Assembly: GCF_902459465.1 (NCBI RefSeq)
Contig: NC_047075.1
Span: 11,222,001-11,286,000, forward strand
Source: Asterias rubens
Taxonomy: Eukaryota
DNA: 64,000 nt
Reading direction: 5' to 3'
The first letter of the stretch is position 1, and each line of letters opens with the position of its first letter. Both the position numbers and the translations under genes were made by a program. The notes beneath the pieces are model-generated. The model worked only from the letters and a program-made list of their open reading frames with translations, did not search any database and was not told the origin of the DNA. Below are positions 38,299 to 49,972 of the stretch, in pieces.

Positions 38299-39098
38299 CT
38301 TGAAATAAAACAGTTACTCCATTAATTCTTTTTTTTAATCTAAAGGTGCTCAGTTTCTTAAACAAAACTCAGCTGACCTTCAAGTTTTGAAGAAAAAAAA
38401 GTGACTCAAGTTATATCAAGAACCTAGAGAAAAAAAAAATCAGTTATAAAGACTTTGGTGAAAATATTCAAATGCATATTATTTGTTTTGCATCTTTCCC
38501 ATTGTCCAGTATGATGTAACAAACGTAACAATGAATAAGATATTACAAATTATATCACAAGTGATTTTGTTTTCATTTAAACAAAAAACTAAATATTGTA
38601 TAAAATGCAGGCCACCAATAAAAAGTAGCAAGTTTGAACAACTTTTGAAATAATGTGCTTCAGCTATATGATTTAATATAATTAACAACAACAGCAATAG
38701 AATACAGATACCACATCTTTCAAAAACACACACACAAGCAATACAGAACCGAACAGGTAAGTTTTCTGGTTGGTTGTGAAGCTTCAAACAATGTTTATTA
38801 GAAGGGCATTCTACTAGAGTTATTTACTAGACATTAGTCTTTATCTGTTGCCTAGTGTAACATTAGTAAGCTTGTTTGCTGCTTGCTGCTTTGGATGCGG
38901 ATTAGCTTGGTGTTGCACGAAGGCGGGATGGTGATCGAAACGTCGAGTTGAAACCAACGGTTCTGTTCAAAACCACCCCAACTCAATTAAAGACAATCAT
39001 TACAGGTTGTTACCGCAAACCTTTCTATATCGTATTTTCACCAGGCACAGTTTCAAAATCCTACTTAATACAATCCTAATTGAGTGTGTTCTACTTAC

Positions 39099-39217
39099 AA
39101 TCCAGCCAGTATGCTTCCTCATATCACAAAACACCTCCGTTCCTTCACCTTTTTGGAAGGGATGGATAGTGTACACACCATCCTCTGTGTAACCGGCATC
39201 CAACAAGGCCTGACAGT
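39099..39217 (-). CDS. FReD gene exon 3 (start of fibrinogen domain)
   Basis: DCQALLDAGYTEDGVYTI..VFCDM..GWI|GTAAGT. Confidence 0.95.
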
Positions 39218-39819
39218 CTGGGAAATTATACATAATAATTGTGCTTAATTTAGTATAATTGAGACATTGTACGAACATTGCATCCGTGATTATTGTTCTT
39301 TTAAAACTACTATTAATCGGCGTTTTAACTTTTTGTTTTTTTGTCTCAAAGTTGTTGTAAAGAACACATTTCCGCTGAGAACAAAATCAGTAAATCAATT
39401 TCAGAAACACAGCCGTCCTTTTATCTAAATCTCATATGTGTTTATTTTCAGTTTGTTTTGTTTCAGTTTTAAACAAGTATTAGGGTCAATCCATGAACTT
39501 ATTTACTCTCTAAAGTGTTGAGTTTGATTCAACTGACGCTACGTTTGTTGTTTGTTTGTTTGTGTTTTCTCCAAATATCACAATAAAAGATCAGAGAACA
39601 TACAAGAACAAAAACAAAGGGTGATAAGAGGAGGGCCCCAGGAAAAAGCCTAGGCTTATACACATCGGTGTAATGGTAAAAAAAAAAAAAAAGTGATACT
39701 TCTAGTTCCCATTGCCAAAAAAGAATAGATTGGTTGTCTAGTGGTAATTACTATGCTCTGGCCAAGCAAAGGGCGTGAGATTGAGGCGAGTGTTTTTTTC
39801 TCATCTCAAAACCACTTAC

Positions 39820-40071
39820 CATGGAAATGGCATCCATAATGGTCATGTATCTCTTCTTGGTCATCAGTGAAGATTACTTGATCAGTGTAGATTGGTTTAG
39901 TCTTTCTTTTTGGAGCTACTTTAAACAGCCCTCCCGGTCGGATTGAGGTACATGAACACATATCCTTAAATGGTTGGATCCACCGTAGTCGGTTTCCTTC
40001 ATCTGGATCAGGTTCTTGGGTCAAGTAGCAAACTTTGGTAGAAGCTGCTTCATTGCCTTGCAGCAAATAAA
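39820..40071 (-). CDS. FReD gene exon 2 (end of signal peptide plus Cys-containing linker)
   Basis: ttgttttag| acceptor, |GTAAGT donor, 252 nt, phase 1 to 1, open frame. Confidence 0.85.
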
Positions 40072-40289
40072 CTAAAACAAGAAAAAGATACAAATAACAT
40101 TACACATTCATTGCGGTTAAATTTGAGTCATGTTCTGATATTTACAAAGTCAAGTCGATGCACAAAATGTTATAAGCTAGGAAATAATATGTCATCCTGT
40201 GATAGTTGCTTTACACCAAGATTGACAGGCTGGTGCTCTCCATCTTAGCTAACATGTCCCGTGAATTCGTGATAAAAAGAGCTCCAACT

Positions 40290-40615
40290 TTAAAGGCAGT
40301 GGACACTAATGGTAGTTACTTAAAATAATTATTAGCATAAAACCTTACTTGGCTCCCTCTGAAGTGACATAGTTTTCGAGAGAGAAGTAATTTGTCACAA
40401 ATTTGATTTTGAGACCTCAGATTTAAAATGTTTGATCTCGAAATCAACCATCTAAGTGCACCCAACTTCGTTCTGAGAAGGGCGCTTTTCTTTCATTATT
40501 ATCTTGCAACTTCGACGACCAATTTAGCTTAAATTTTCCCAGGTTTGTGATTTTATGCACACATTGAGATACACCAAGTGAGAAGACTGGTCTTTGACAA
40601 ATCCAGTGTCTTTAA
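40290..40615. mobile_element. TTAA MITE family A
   Basis: TTAA-AGGCAGTGGACAC start, family A interior, TTAA end. Confidence 0.8.
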
Positions 40616-41049
40616 TAAAGCATGTAAGGCCCTGTCACACCTTGACCTTAAGCCAGCGTATGCCGACGAATGAACATTTTGGCGAATACGCTGGTGTACG
40701 TCGAATAAGTTATGGGTAGTGGGTAGAATAAGTTAAGACCACGATGAAACACGCTGATACGTGGTTGTAAGGCGAGGTCGTCGAGAAAGTGTGTGCGTGC
40801 ATAAACATTCTCGACGTATGCCAGCGTGTGGCTCATAAGTTCCGCAGAAGTAGTAGTTAAGTTTACTATATAATCGTAGACACACGTTCACACACATTCT
40901 TGTAAGTTGATAATAATTCGACATACGCCGAGATAATGCCAAGCGTACAGAGTATTTATTTATAACCTATGAGTAACGTGCTTCGAATCTATGTCGAAAG
41001 TATTTCCATACCATACCATACAGGTCGTATAGAAGTTCCAGATCCTATG

Positions 41050-42300
41050 AAGCGAATCTCACAGTGGAAGTATAATATATGAAGGGGTACAAATGTCTGA
41101 CAGCCTGATCGATTGGTCAAGTGAAAAATACATTTTTTTGTTAAACCATGACATCTCAAGGTAACTTTAGACCAGAATATACACATCGCTCATCCTCACA
41201 CTAGCAACAACGAGCTGAATATTGGACTCTAGAAAAGGCCATCAAACAAAAACTGGCTTCTCTATAAGATGGATGCATTTATCCAAAAATGAAATTAATT
41301 ATTTGTTATTTGCGAACTTGGTCGGTTTGGGCATTTCATCAGAATGGCAGCCTTCTAAAAAGATCTCATCATACCTCGTCAAAGAGAACGCCATCCATTG
41401 CGCTGGGAGGACAAAGCCCAAGAGAATGTCAAAATTCAAGAGGACAATTTAAGAACAGCGGTCAGCAGTCTTCGTTATATTTTGGTAATTATTAAAAAGA
41501 ATTCAAAGGAGGTGAAGCTGCATTTCGGGATTGCCTTGTACTCCCATTATGAACTTTAGAATAGGTGTGACTTAATATATCTTTGTGCGAGAAACTAGAT
41601 GAGTTGCTGAGTTTTGCATTCGTTGGAGGGGAGCAATTCTGGATTGAGGAAGGTTGATGTAGAGACGGTTGCAATAATCGAGGTGAGATGTAGCGAAAGC
41701 ATGAACCAGTCATTCAGTGGTACCTTGATCCAAGTAGCGTCTAAGCTTTCCGATCATGTGAATTCCAAAAGCAGCGGAACGACATGTTTGATTTATTGTT
41801 GCAGGGTTAATTGGTGACCAAAGGTGACTCCAAGATCTCTAACCGTCTTTGATGGGGTGATCTTGTCTTGGACAACTGAGTTGTGTGCAATAGGTTGTGC
41901 TGTTCGGAACTGTGAGGTGACATGTAGTACTTCAGTCTTAGATGAGTTTAGCTGCAGTCCGTTAAAGCTTGACCATGTCTGAATATCAGCAACACAGTCT
42001 GATAGCTGCTCCGTGGACTCAGTGTGCTTACTCTGATTGAGTATGACGTAATAAAGCTATGTGTCGTCAGCGTACTGCGTGGTGAATATATTGATGTTCC
42101 AGTGCCAGTCTAGGGCCAGTGTAAAGGATGAAGTCCAGCGGTCCCATGGCCGATCCTTGTGGTACTCCAGACGATAGGGGAGATGGTCTTGAAAAGGAGT
42201 CATTCACATTTACAACTTGAGTCCATCCATCAAAATACGAGCTGAGTAGCTGGAAAGCAAGACCATCTATGCCATATGAACGCTTGAGCCTCTCCAAGGC
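41050..42300 (-). mobile_element. L2/CR1-group LINE remnant
   Basis: GVPQGSAMGPLDFILYT, YADDT-like motif, LQRMQNSA..VTPILK; many stops. Confidence 0.85.
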
Positions 42301-42429
42301 AACTGTTTTGGTTCATAGTGTTAGCGGGACCAGCGTTCAGTGTTGACTATCTTGTGCTAGGAGCTAGTTCGAAGCCACATAAGTGCTACTAACTTTGTGA
42401 TGACAAACGCTCAACTTAACAGTGGATCG

Positions 42430-42760
42430 AGGCAGACTTTGTGCTCAGGTGCATCAGGTTCATAAGCCCGACCGTGACGTTCTGCGTTTCCTGTGGTGAA
42501 CCGATCATGACATAAGTGGGGTTCCTAAGATGTTTCGTAGGACATCTCACTTGTTTGGAGGCATTTGGTTCCAAAGCTTTGAAACATTTCCTTTAAAGCG
42601 TACAAAACAATACAACGTGGAGGATGTTGACGCCAATACCATATACACCATAGACAACGATTTATACGTCGATGATTGCCTGAAGTCGGTCGCCTCAGAG
42701 CACGAAGCCTTCAGACTAGTCAGACAACTTCGTGAGGTTTTTGCGTCCGGTGGATTTCGG
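42430..42760 (+). mobile_element. BEL/Pao LTR-retrotransposon RT fragment
   Basis: DRDVLRFLW, HLFGG, LYVDDCLKSV..L..GGFR. Confidence 0.85.
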
Positions 42761-43779
42761 TCACGTGACGCGTATCCGCGACTATCGTATATTGCAGACA
42801 CGTTAGCAACGGATACGGGAGCTCATGCACGTCGTAGAAAAACGGATACTGTTTTGCAGACTTTTAGTTGTATTTTTGTCCAAGATCAAAAACATTTCCC
42901 ATGGAATTGCTTTCACTGGTATCGTGCTTGCTATAGATGGAAAATTGCTAGTCATTTGCAAGCAAAACGATGAGAACATGCACTGTATAAAACACGGGGT
43001 CTATATCGGTCATTTTTGTCAGAAAAAACACACTCTTAACACCCATGATGAATGCGAGCGCACTCAAGTGAATACCTATTAGTCCAGGCATTTCCTGCAA
43101 AACAATGAGTTAACCTCAGACAAATTGCAACATAAAGTCTGTAAACTGATTCATACCCAGAATAACATATCAAAACTCTTAAGCAATCCGAGTGGGGGAA
43201 AGTGTCATGGCGGCCATTTTTCGAAATGGCCGCCATAAACCCGATATTTCCCAATATCACCGCTTCTGTAATGACTTAGGGCTTTAATTTTAAGTGGTAA
43301 AAAAAAATTTTCACTGACAAGGAATCAAATGAAACGCATTTCGTATCGCTAAACCTGGTCAAAAAGCAAAAATTACCGCCAATTTCTCAAAATTACCACC
43401 AGTTTCCAAAATGGCCGCCATAAAACAGATGTTTCCCAAAATCTCCGCTTCTAAATGACTTAGGGCTTTAATTTTAAGTGCTAAACATACATTTTCTGCG
43501 GCCAAGAATCCAATGACACACGTTACAATAAGGTAAACCTGACAAAAAAAAGCACAACGATGACAGCCATTTTTCCAAAATGGCCGCAATAAAACAGACA
43601 TTTTCCTATTCTTTCCGCTTCTAAATAGGCCTAACATTGAGATTCAATTATAAGTGCTTTTGTGAGGATCCCTTCTTCTGCTTTCTAAATGAAGTGTTGT
43701 TTTAATGATGTTATTCTTCAGTTTGATTTTTCTCAATGATATTAAATGTTGCTCCCACACTGGCTGAGGTACGTTGTGC

Positions 43780-44990
43780 TATCAGGAAGCTTTTAGAACG
43801 GACCTGCTGCAGGACCTGATGGCATTCCTCACGAACTGCTCAAGTGTGCCGATAGCCCGATAAGCAAAGCCCTTCACAAACTCTTCCTCAAAGTATGGTT
43901 CCCAGGAAGGGTTCCTTCCGATTGGAGGAATGGTGTCATCATCTCCATATACTAAGGGAAAGGTCAGAAAAACCAACGCAGCAGCTACAGGCGTATTACT
44001 CTTCTCTCAGTTCATGGAGAGGTGTTCGGTCATGTGCTCATGTCTCGCCTAGAAGCTGTACTCACCCGTCACCGCCGACCCCAGTAGTCTGGTTTCACAA
44101 GGGGCCGTTCAACAATGGATGGAGTGCTCGCCCTTCGACTCCTGTACCTACGTTGCTTATGTCGACATTAAGGCAGCTTTTGACTTTATAGATCGGGAAG
44201 CCCTATGGAAAGCCCTGAAAGCAACAGGAGTTCCACCGTTTCTTCTTCACCTGGTTCAGGACTTACATGATGGCAGCCTCTACCGTGCGTGTTGGCAACG
44301 ACATCTCCTGTCCCTTCCTTCAGCACCTCCGCGGTGTTCGCCGAGGCTGTGCCTGGCCCAAGCCCTATTTTGCTGTGCCATTGACTGGGTACTAAATCGC
44401 CGGCGGGCTGATCTCGGCATAATGGCTGGAGAAATGTCCTTTACCGACCTAGCCCACGCTGACGATGCCGCCCTGTTCGCAAGAGAGCCTAATAAGTGAC
44501 CTACCAAGCTCCATAAGTTCGAGGAAGGAAGCTGGGACAATGGCTTTACAAGATCAAGATGAGTGGTCCTATCAAGATCCAAAACTGCGCCGCCTTAAAC
44601 CACCTTCCGCCCCAGCGTCTGTACAGGGCCAGCCTGTCGAGACCACAGATAAGTTCAGATATCTCGACTGCGAAATATGTTCTGAAGGTCAGTCTTCTCC
44701 CGACATCCATCGACGACTCGAGCTTGCCTTTTCAACCTGTACACTTTTGGTTGAAGATGGACGTAGGCTTCAAGCATTTGACGCCAGATGCCAACAGTGG
44801 ATACTCGGTGTCCGTTGGTCAGGCTTAATCTCAAACGAGTCATTTTTGGAAACCACCGGTCTTGAGGACATTCCGTGTGACCATCTCACCGCGACGCCAC
44901 TCCCTCTTTCCTCCTTGGCCACGTCCGTCGGCTTCCAGAAGACACTCCAGCACACGCCGCCCCCAAGCTGAGCGTCAATGCTCGGTTGGG
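43780..44990 (+). mobile_element. RTE-clade LINE remnant nested inside the inverted-arm element
   Basis: YR.ITLLSV, YVDIKAAFD.IDREALW, DLAHADDAAL, VE..DKFRYL; frameshifted. Confidence 0.88.
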
Positions 44991-45029
44991 GGGGGGGGGT
45001 CCTCGGTCCTGGCCAAGCCTAGAAGAGAC

Positions 45030-45530
45030 CCAGAGGGCATCCACGCAACACCTGGTTGATGAACATGCTGCCCTCTACAAGAACCAGATGGAAGGTTCTA
45101 CAGAGGAGTTCTGCCAAGCTGATGTGTTATCCAGGATCGAGGAGCTCCTCAGGGCCAAACCAAATCATTTAAGTCATTTAGGACTGCCACGCACTAACTA
45201 CAGTATATGGATATGGTGGATATACTACGGAAGTTTGTCAGAGAAGAGCGCTTTGGCAACTGGGCGTTGCACATTGACGCTGTGTCAGAAATGCTGCGCT
45301 ATCTGGCAGCTTCTGGGCACAATCCCTACACCAAATCAGCCTACCTCTGTGTGCATCGGATGAGCAAGCTCAAGGACGAACGTCAAGATGTATACCTACG
45401 ATTTGAAGAAGGGTTATATCTTTTCAGAAGAAGTGATCGCCTTTGGACTGGTCTGTCCGTAGATCTCACTATCGAAAAGGTTCTGATGAGGGAAGACCAG
45501 CGGTGGCCTGATGAGAGGGCGAGGCATATG
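45030..45530 (+). pseudogene. Transposase fragment resembling Academ-type proteins
   Basis: YMDMVDILRKFVREERFGNWALH..GHNPYTKSA..RRSDRLWTGLSVDLTIEKVLMR; family assignment from recalled motif only. Confidence 0.6.
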
Positions 45531-46078
45531 ACGAGGTGTATTAAAATGATTGACACTTCCTCAGAATATGCTTGTTGGTCAAGTTTAGCTTGTGAAAACT
45601 GGTATGATTTGATTCCTGGCCCCAGAAAATGTTTGTCTAGCACTAAAAGTTAAAGCCCAGTGTCATTTAGAAGCGGAGATAATTGGAAATATCTGTTTTA
45701 TGGCGGCCATTTTGAAAATGGCCGCCATGTATTTTTTGGCAAGGTTTAACTTTACAAAATGCGTTTCACTTGATTCCCAGTCAGTGAAAATGTATGTTTA
45801 GCACTTACAATTTAAGCCCTTAGTCATTTAGAAGCGAAGCTTTTGGAAACAATTCGGGTTTGGGCGGCCATTTTTTAAAAATTACCGCCATGACACTTTC
45901 CCCCATTCGGATTGCTTAAGAGTTTTGATATGTTATAGAGGACAAAATTCTGAGTATGAAACAGTTTACAGACTTGATGTTGCAATTTGTCCGAGGTCAT
46001 ATCAAATTATGCCTTGACTATATAGTTTGCGAAACAAAATGCAACACGCGGCTGCTGACGTGAACGGATATGGTTATC

Positions 46079-49000
46079 AGTAGTGTGTAAGGCGTATATG
46101 ACCTCCTTTTTTTTAAGGTGGATCATGATCCACAGGTCGTGTGGATCATGGCTCGAGTGGGTCGTTGTAAGTAGATTGCCAAATGGGGGTGTGACGAAGA
46201 CCCCCCCTTTTTTTGTTTTTTACCAAGACAGTAAGTGGGAAGGTCAAAGTGTAAGACTCCATAGTTAATAATATGATACGCTGTTGAGTATTAGTCTAAT
46301 TTAAAGATCAGGTAGGAATTTGATTTGTTTGTGTATAGTGGAAATAACCCCCCCCCCCCCATATCGGTCAAGAATGTACGAGTCCGATAGTTCTGTTGTC
46401 GTCTGCTACGTTTTAATCATGTTCGAACTTGCTCTCAGTTGCCGGACCGGACAACAAAGACAACCGAGTGGAAGGCCCAATTATATGTACGTAGGGTATG
46501 TTTCTGTGGAGTAATACAAGTGCACCCATACAGGTTCGACTTATTTAAAGTTTTCTGGTGGTCGGTGTACACTTTGAAGACTACATCATTCGTCTTGGAT
46601 CGTCTCACTGATATTAACATGGAGTCGAAGCGTCTTGGACCCGTACAGGTAAAGGTCTCGTGTCCGATTTGTGGGAAGAGCTTTTCGCGTAGCGACAATA
46701 TGAAACGACACCGACAGACACACAAGCACCCCAGTATCGGAAGCCAATCGAAAGCTTGTCCCAGTTGTGATAAGGTGTTTTCCACTTCCTATAATTTGAA
46801 GAAACACCTTCAAAATCATAAGGAGAATGAGGAGGAGGAGGAGGAGGGGGACCTCCACGAAGATGCTAGTGGCGAATCCACAGAAGAGGAGGATTCTGAA
46901 GACGAGGACGTGGAGTGGGAGGAGCTTCATGTAGACGATGGTGATGAACCAACAGATGATGATGATGATGATTTTGAAAATGAAGACGTGATGGAGGAGG
47001 GGGACGACCGTGAACATGATGATAGTGATGGACTTACAGATGATGATGGCCTTGAAAATGAAGGAGATGAGGAGGAGGAGGAGGAGGAGGAGGCGTTTCT
47101 TGAAGACGATAGTGATGAATCAACAGATGATAACATTTATGAAAGCGAAGAAATTGAGGAGGAGGAGGAGGAGGAGGGATTATGTGAAGACGATAGTGAC
47201 GAATCAATGGAAGATGACTATTTTGAAGATGAAGAGGAGTCGGAGAAGGAAGATGACGATAGTGATTTATTAACAGACGACAGTGCTTATGAAAATGAAG
47301 AGGAGGACAGCGGGAGACGTCCAACGAAAATACTTAATTTTTCGATAAAGAATGCTAAACTTATTATGTTTAAATGATGATTTTTTTTTTTTTTTTTTTT
47401 TTTTTCTTTCAATCCTACACGCCCAAGATTGTATTGTTTGAATAATAATACAGAACAGTATTATCAACGGAGGTTTGTTAAAGCATAATATTCTATCAAC
47501 TGTAAATACTAAGAGGGCTTGAATAAGTGAACTCGTCACACATAAAAAGAAAAAAAAAAAAAAAAAAAAAAAACATGATGAGTAAAAACATATTAATTAA
47601 CTAAATAAATTAATAAACAAATAATAAAATAAATATACTGTTAATGTCTTTCCTTAAGTTTTCAAAATAGGCGGGCGCGGGTCGCTGGGGTCTAATCAAG
47701 CACCTGCATGCGAACGAAGTTCATTCGACAGATTTCAAAGTTCTTGTCATAAATGGGGGGGGGGGTCATCATGTACAATTAATTTAAGTATTGTGGCGGT
47801 TATAAGCAGATGTTAATGGAGTGTTATATACAGAATAAATGTGTTGTTGTTGTTTTTGGGGTCAAAAAGTGATAACCTTTGTGTTTGTTTTTGTGTATAC
47901 TTGTTTTCTCTGCAGTCCCTTTTGGCAAAGGTAAACAGACCCTGTCCGAGCGATGGTGGTACATGATGTGGGCATGGAGTTATAGAAAACAAAGATAGCT
48001 CCACGGTATGGGGGAACAAGAACTGACACGTTTGGCTGGTAGACCAATCAGTTGTGACGTCATATATTGACTACCAGATGGGTTACTGATCAAGGATCAT
48101 CGCGGGTTGTGTACATGAAGTGAAGGCCACGGGCAATAATGGTTACAGATTAGGATAATATTAGATTATATTGTCACACTTTACTCCATTACTATTAATT
48201 TAACGTTTAATCTTCACATAAAACGGGGGGGGGTATGACCATTTTCAGAAACCTAGGATATACGCGGCAATTTAATTAGTCCGTACAGAGCATAATATGG
48301 TACGTACACATAATTGGGTTTTCCGCTCAGGTATTTGTTGGCCGGTCCGACAATTAAGGGCAAGTTCGAACACTATAAAAAAAAAAAAAGTGGGGAAAAA
48401 GGGACAGCGTCTAAATGTAAAACAAACTAAGCATGTCACCTTTTTTTCTCGATGCCTAACTCGGTTGTACCCACACGTTGGGGCTCTTATTTATTAAAAT
48501 TAGTGTAGATCACTGGTGTTGTCGTCAAAAGTAAAATCGTTCGATGTATACAAACAAAAAACACGACCGTGTTTATATATCGTCGGTCTTTGGTTGTGAC
48601 GCTATATTGCGTTTCGTATGTTATACTTATTTATTAGATAGGCCTAAAGTTATAACAGTATTATTTATTTGACATTTTCAAATACAGTGTAATATATGTA
48701 TACAATATCTTAACCTAAACAAACCAAGGGTTATTTTTATTATAATTATAATTATTGGTTTATTAAAAATGTAAACATATGGATGTCAAAAAGCCGAATT
48801 GCGGATGCAACGATACAAAGAGTAAACAAAACCATTATTCGACTAATACATTTGATACTCAAATAATGGTTCGTGGTGGCGTTCCTACAGAATTGTTTTT
48901 CTTCTTATCTTTTTAGAAACAAAGGATATAATTAATGCAATGCACTTGTATTACTCCACAGAAACATACCCTACGTACATATAATTGGGCCTTCCACTCG

Positions 49001-49381
49001 GTTGTCTTTGTTGTCCGGTCCGGCAACTGAGAGCAAGTTCGAACACGATTAAAACGTGGCAGACGACAACAGAACTATCGGACTCGTACATTCTTGACCG
49101 ATTGGGGGGGGGGGGGTATTTCCACTATAAACAAACAAATCAAATTCCTACCTGATCTTTAAATTAGACCAATACTCAACAGCGTATCATATTATTAACT
49201 ATGGAGTCTTACACTTTGACCTTCCCACTTACTGTCTTGGTAAAACAAAAAAAGGGGGGGTCTTCGTCACACCCCCATTTGGCAATCTACTTACAACGAC
49301 CCACTCGAGCCATGATCCACACGACCTGTGGATCATGATCCACCTTAAAAAAAGGAGGTCATATACGCCTTACACACTACT
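46079..49381. mobile_element. Miniature Polinton/Maverick-type element (3303 bp)
   Basis: AGTAGTGTG..CACACTACT ends, TIRs 46079-46524 and 48941-49381, 6-bp TSD GTTATC at 46073-46078 and 49382-49387. Confidence 0.85.
46619..47377 (+). CDS. Two-C2H2-zinc-finger protein with a long acidic tail (252 aa from the ATG at 46619)
   Basis: aacATGg start; CPICGKSFSRSDNMKRHRQTH and CPSCDKVFSTSYNLKKHLQNH; uninterrupted D/E-rich region; intronless. Confidence 0.85.
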   Translation: MESKRLGPVQVKVSCPICGKSFSRSDNMKRHRQTHKHPSIGSQSKACPSCDKVFSTSYNLKKHLQNHKENEEEEEEGDLHEDASGESTEEEDSEDEDVEWEELHVDDGDEPTDDDDDDFENEDVMEEGDDREHDDSDGLTDDDGLENEGDEEEEEEEEAFLEDDSDESTDDNIYESEEIEEEEEEEGLCEDDSDESMEDDYFEDEEESEKEDDDSDLLTDDSAYENEEEDSGRRPTKILNFSIKNAKLIMFK

Positions 49382-49706
49382 GTTATCGTATCCGTATCTG
49401 TATCTGTATCCGTACGATTGCAAAACCTCTCTAAATAATTTGTTGTCGCGACTTTAACACTAATAAAGCACACTAGTCGCCACCGCTTACTTTTGCACAA
49501 GTAAAATGCATGGTTATCCTGCGAATGCAAATCAAATTTTTAAGTCACTGTTTTCGCAGTAAAAGTTTCGCAGAAGTTGAGCACAATTCGTCAACTGATA
49601 CAAATTTGTTTATGCGAGTTGTGACGCTCAAGAACACATTCCCTGCTAAGCTATAAGTTGCTAAGCACAATTCCCTGATTATACGTAAGCGCTGCAATTA
49701 TTTTCT

Positions 49707-49972
49707 TTAAAAGCCATTGCCACATGACCAAACTAATAGCCTTTTAAACACAAAAAGCTGCTAAACGCCGTGTCATGGCATGTGTTTAAAATAAATCCGT
49801 AATTCTCGACAACGAGAATTGATAATTGTTTTAATGTTTTCTCGAAAAGTGAAGCATTTCATGGAATAATATTTCAAGAGAAGTCTTTCACGATTACCTT
49901 CTGTAAACCCTGAAAGTTATTTGTAAATCTGTGATTTTTTTTTTCTGTGCCGAAAGTGTATAATGGCTTTAA
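49707..49972. mobile_element. TTAA MITE family B (internally deleted)
   Basis: AGCCATT..AATGGCT ends with TTAA. Confidence 0.75.

Larger units (their letters stand above)
43113..45997. mobile_element. Old DNA transposon remnant with ~400-bp inverted arms of ~170-bp subrepeats (Academ-like)
   Basis: Arms 43113-~43510 and ~45607-45997, about 80% identical by eye; exact termini not resolved. Confidence 0.7.

Noticed and set aside
38930-39030. Possible Penelope-type hammerhead (gatcgaaacgtcg), inverse copy at ~15290-15380
   Set aside because: The CTGANGA core is missing here; only a dispersed ~100-bp repeat is supported.
40072-40093. Apparent self-contained signal peptide MYLFLVL at the start of ORF 39806-40093
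   Set aside because: It begins at TTG and is the polypyrimidine tract of the exon 2 acceptor.
46439-46618. 60-codon N-terminal extension of the zinc-finger ORF
   Set aside because: It starts at a non-ATG codon inside the TIR; the first ATG, in good context, is at 46619.
46586-47539. Overlapping ORFs rich in S/P/H/I or R/M/K
   Set aside because: Alternative-frame and antisense shadows of the GAG/GAT-rich acidic coding region.
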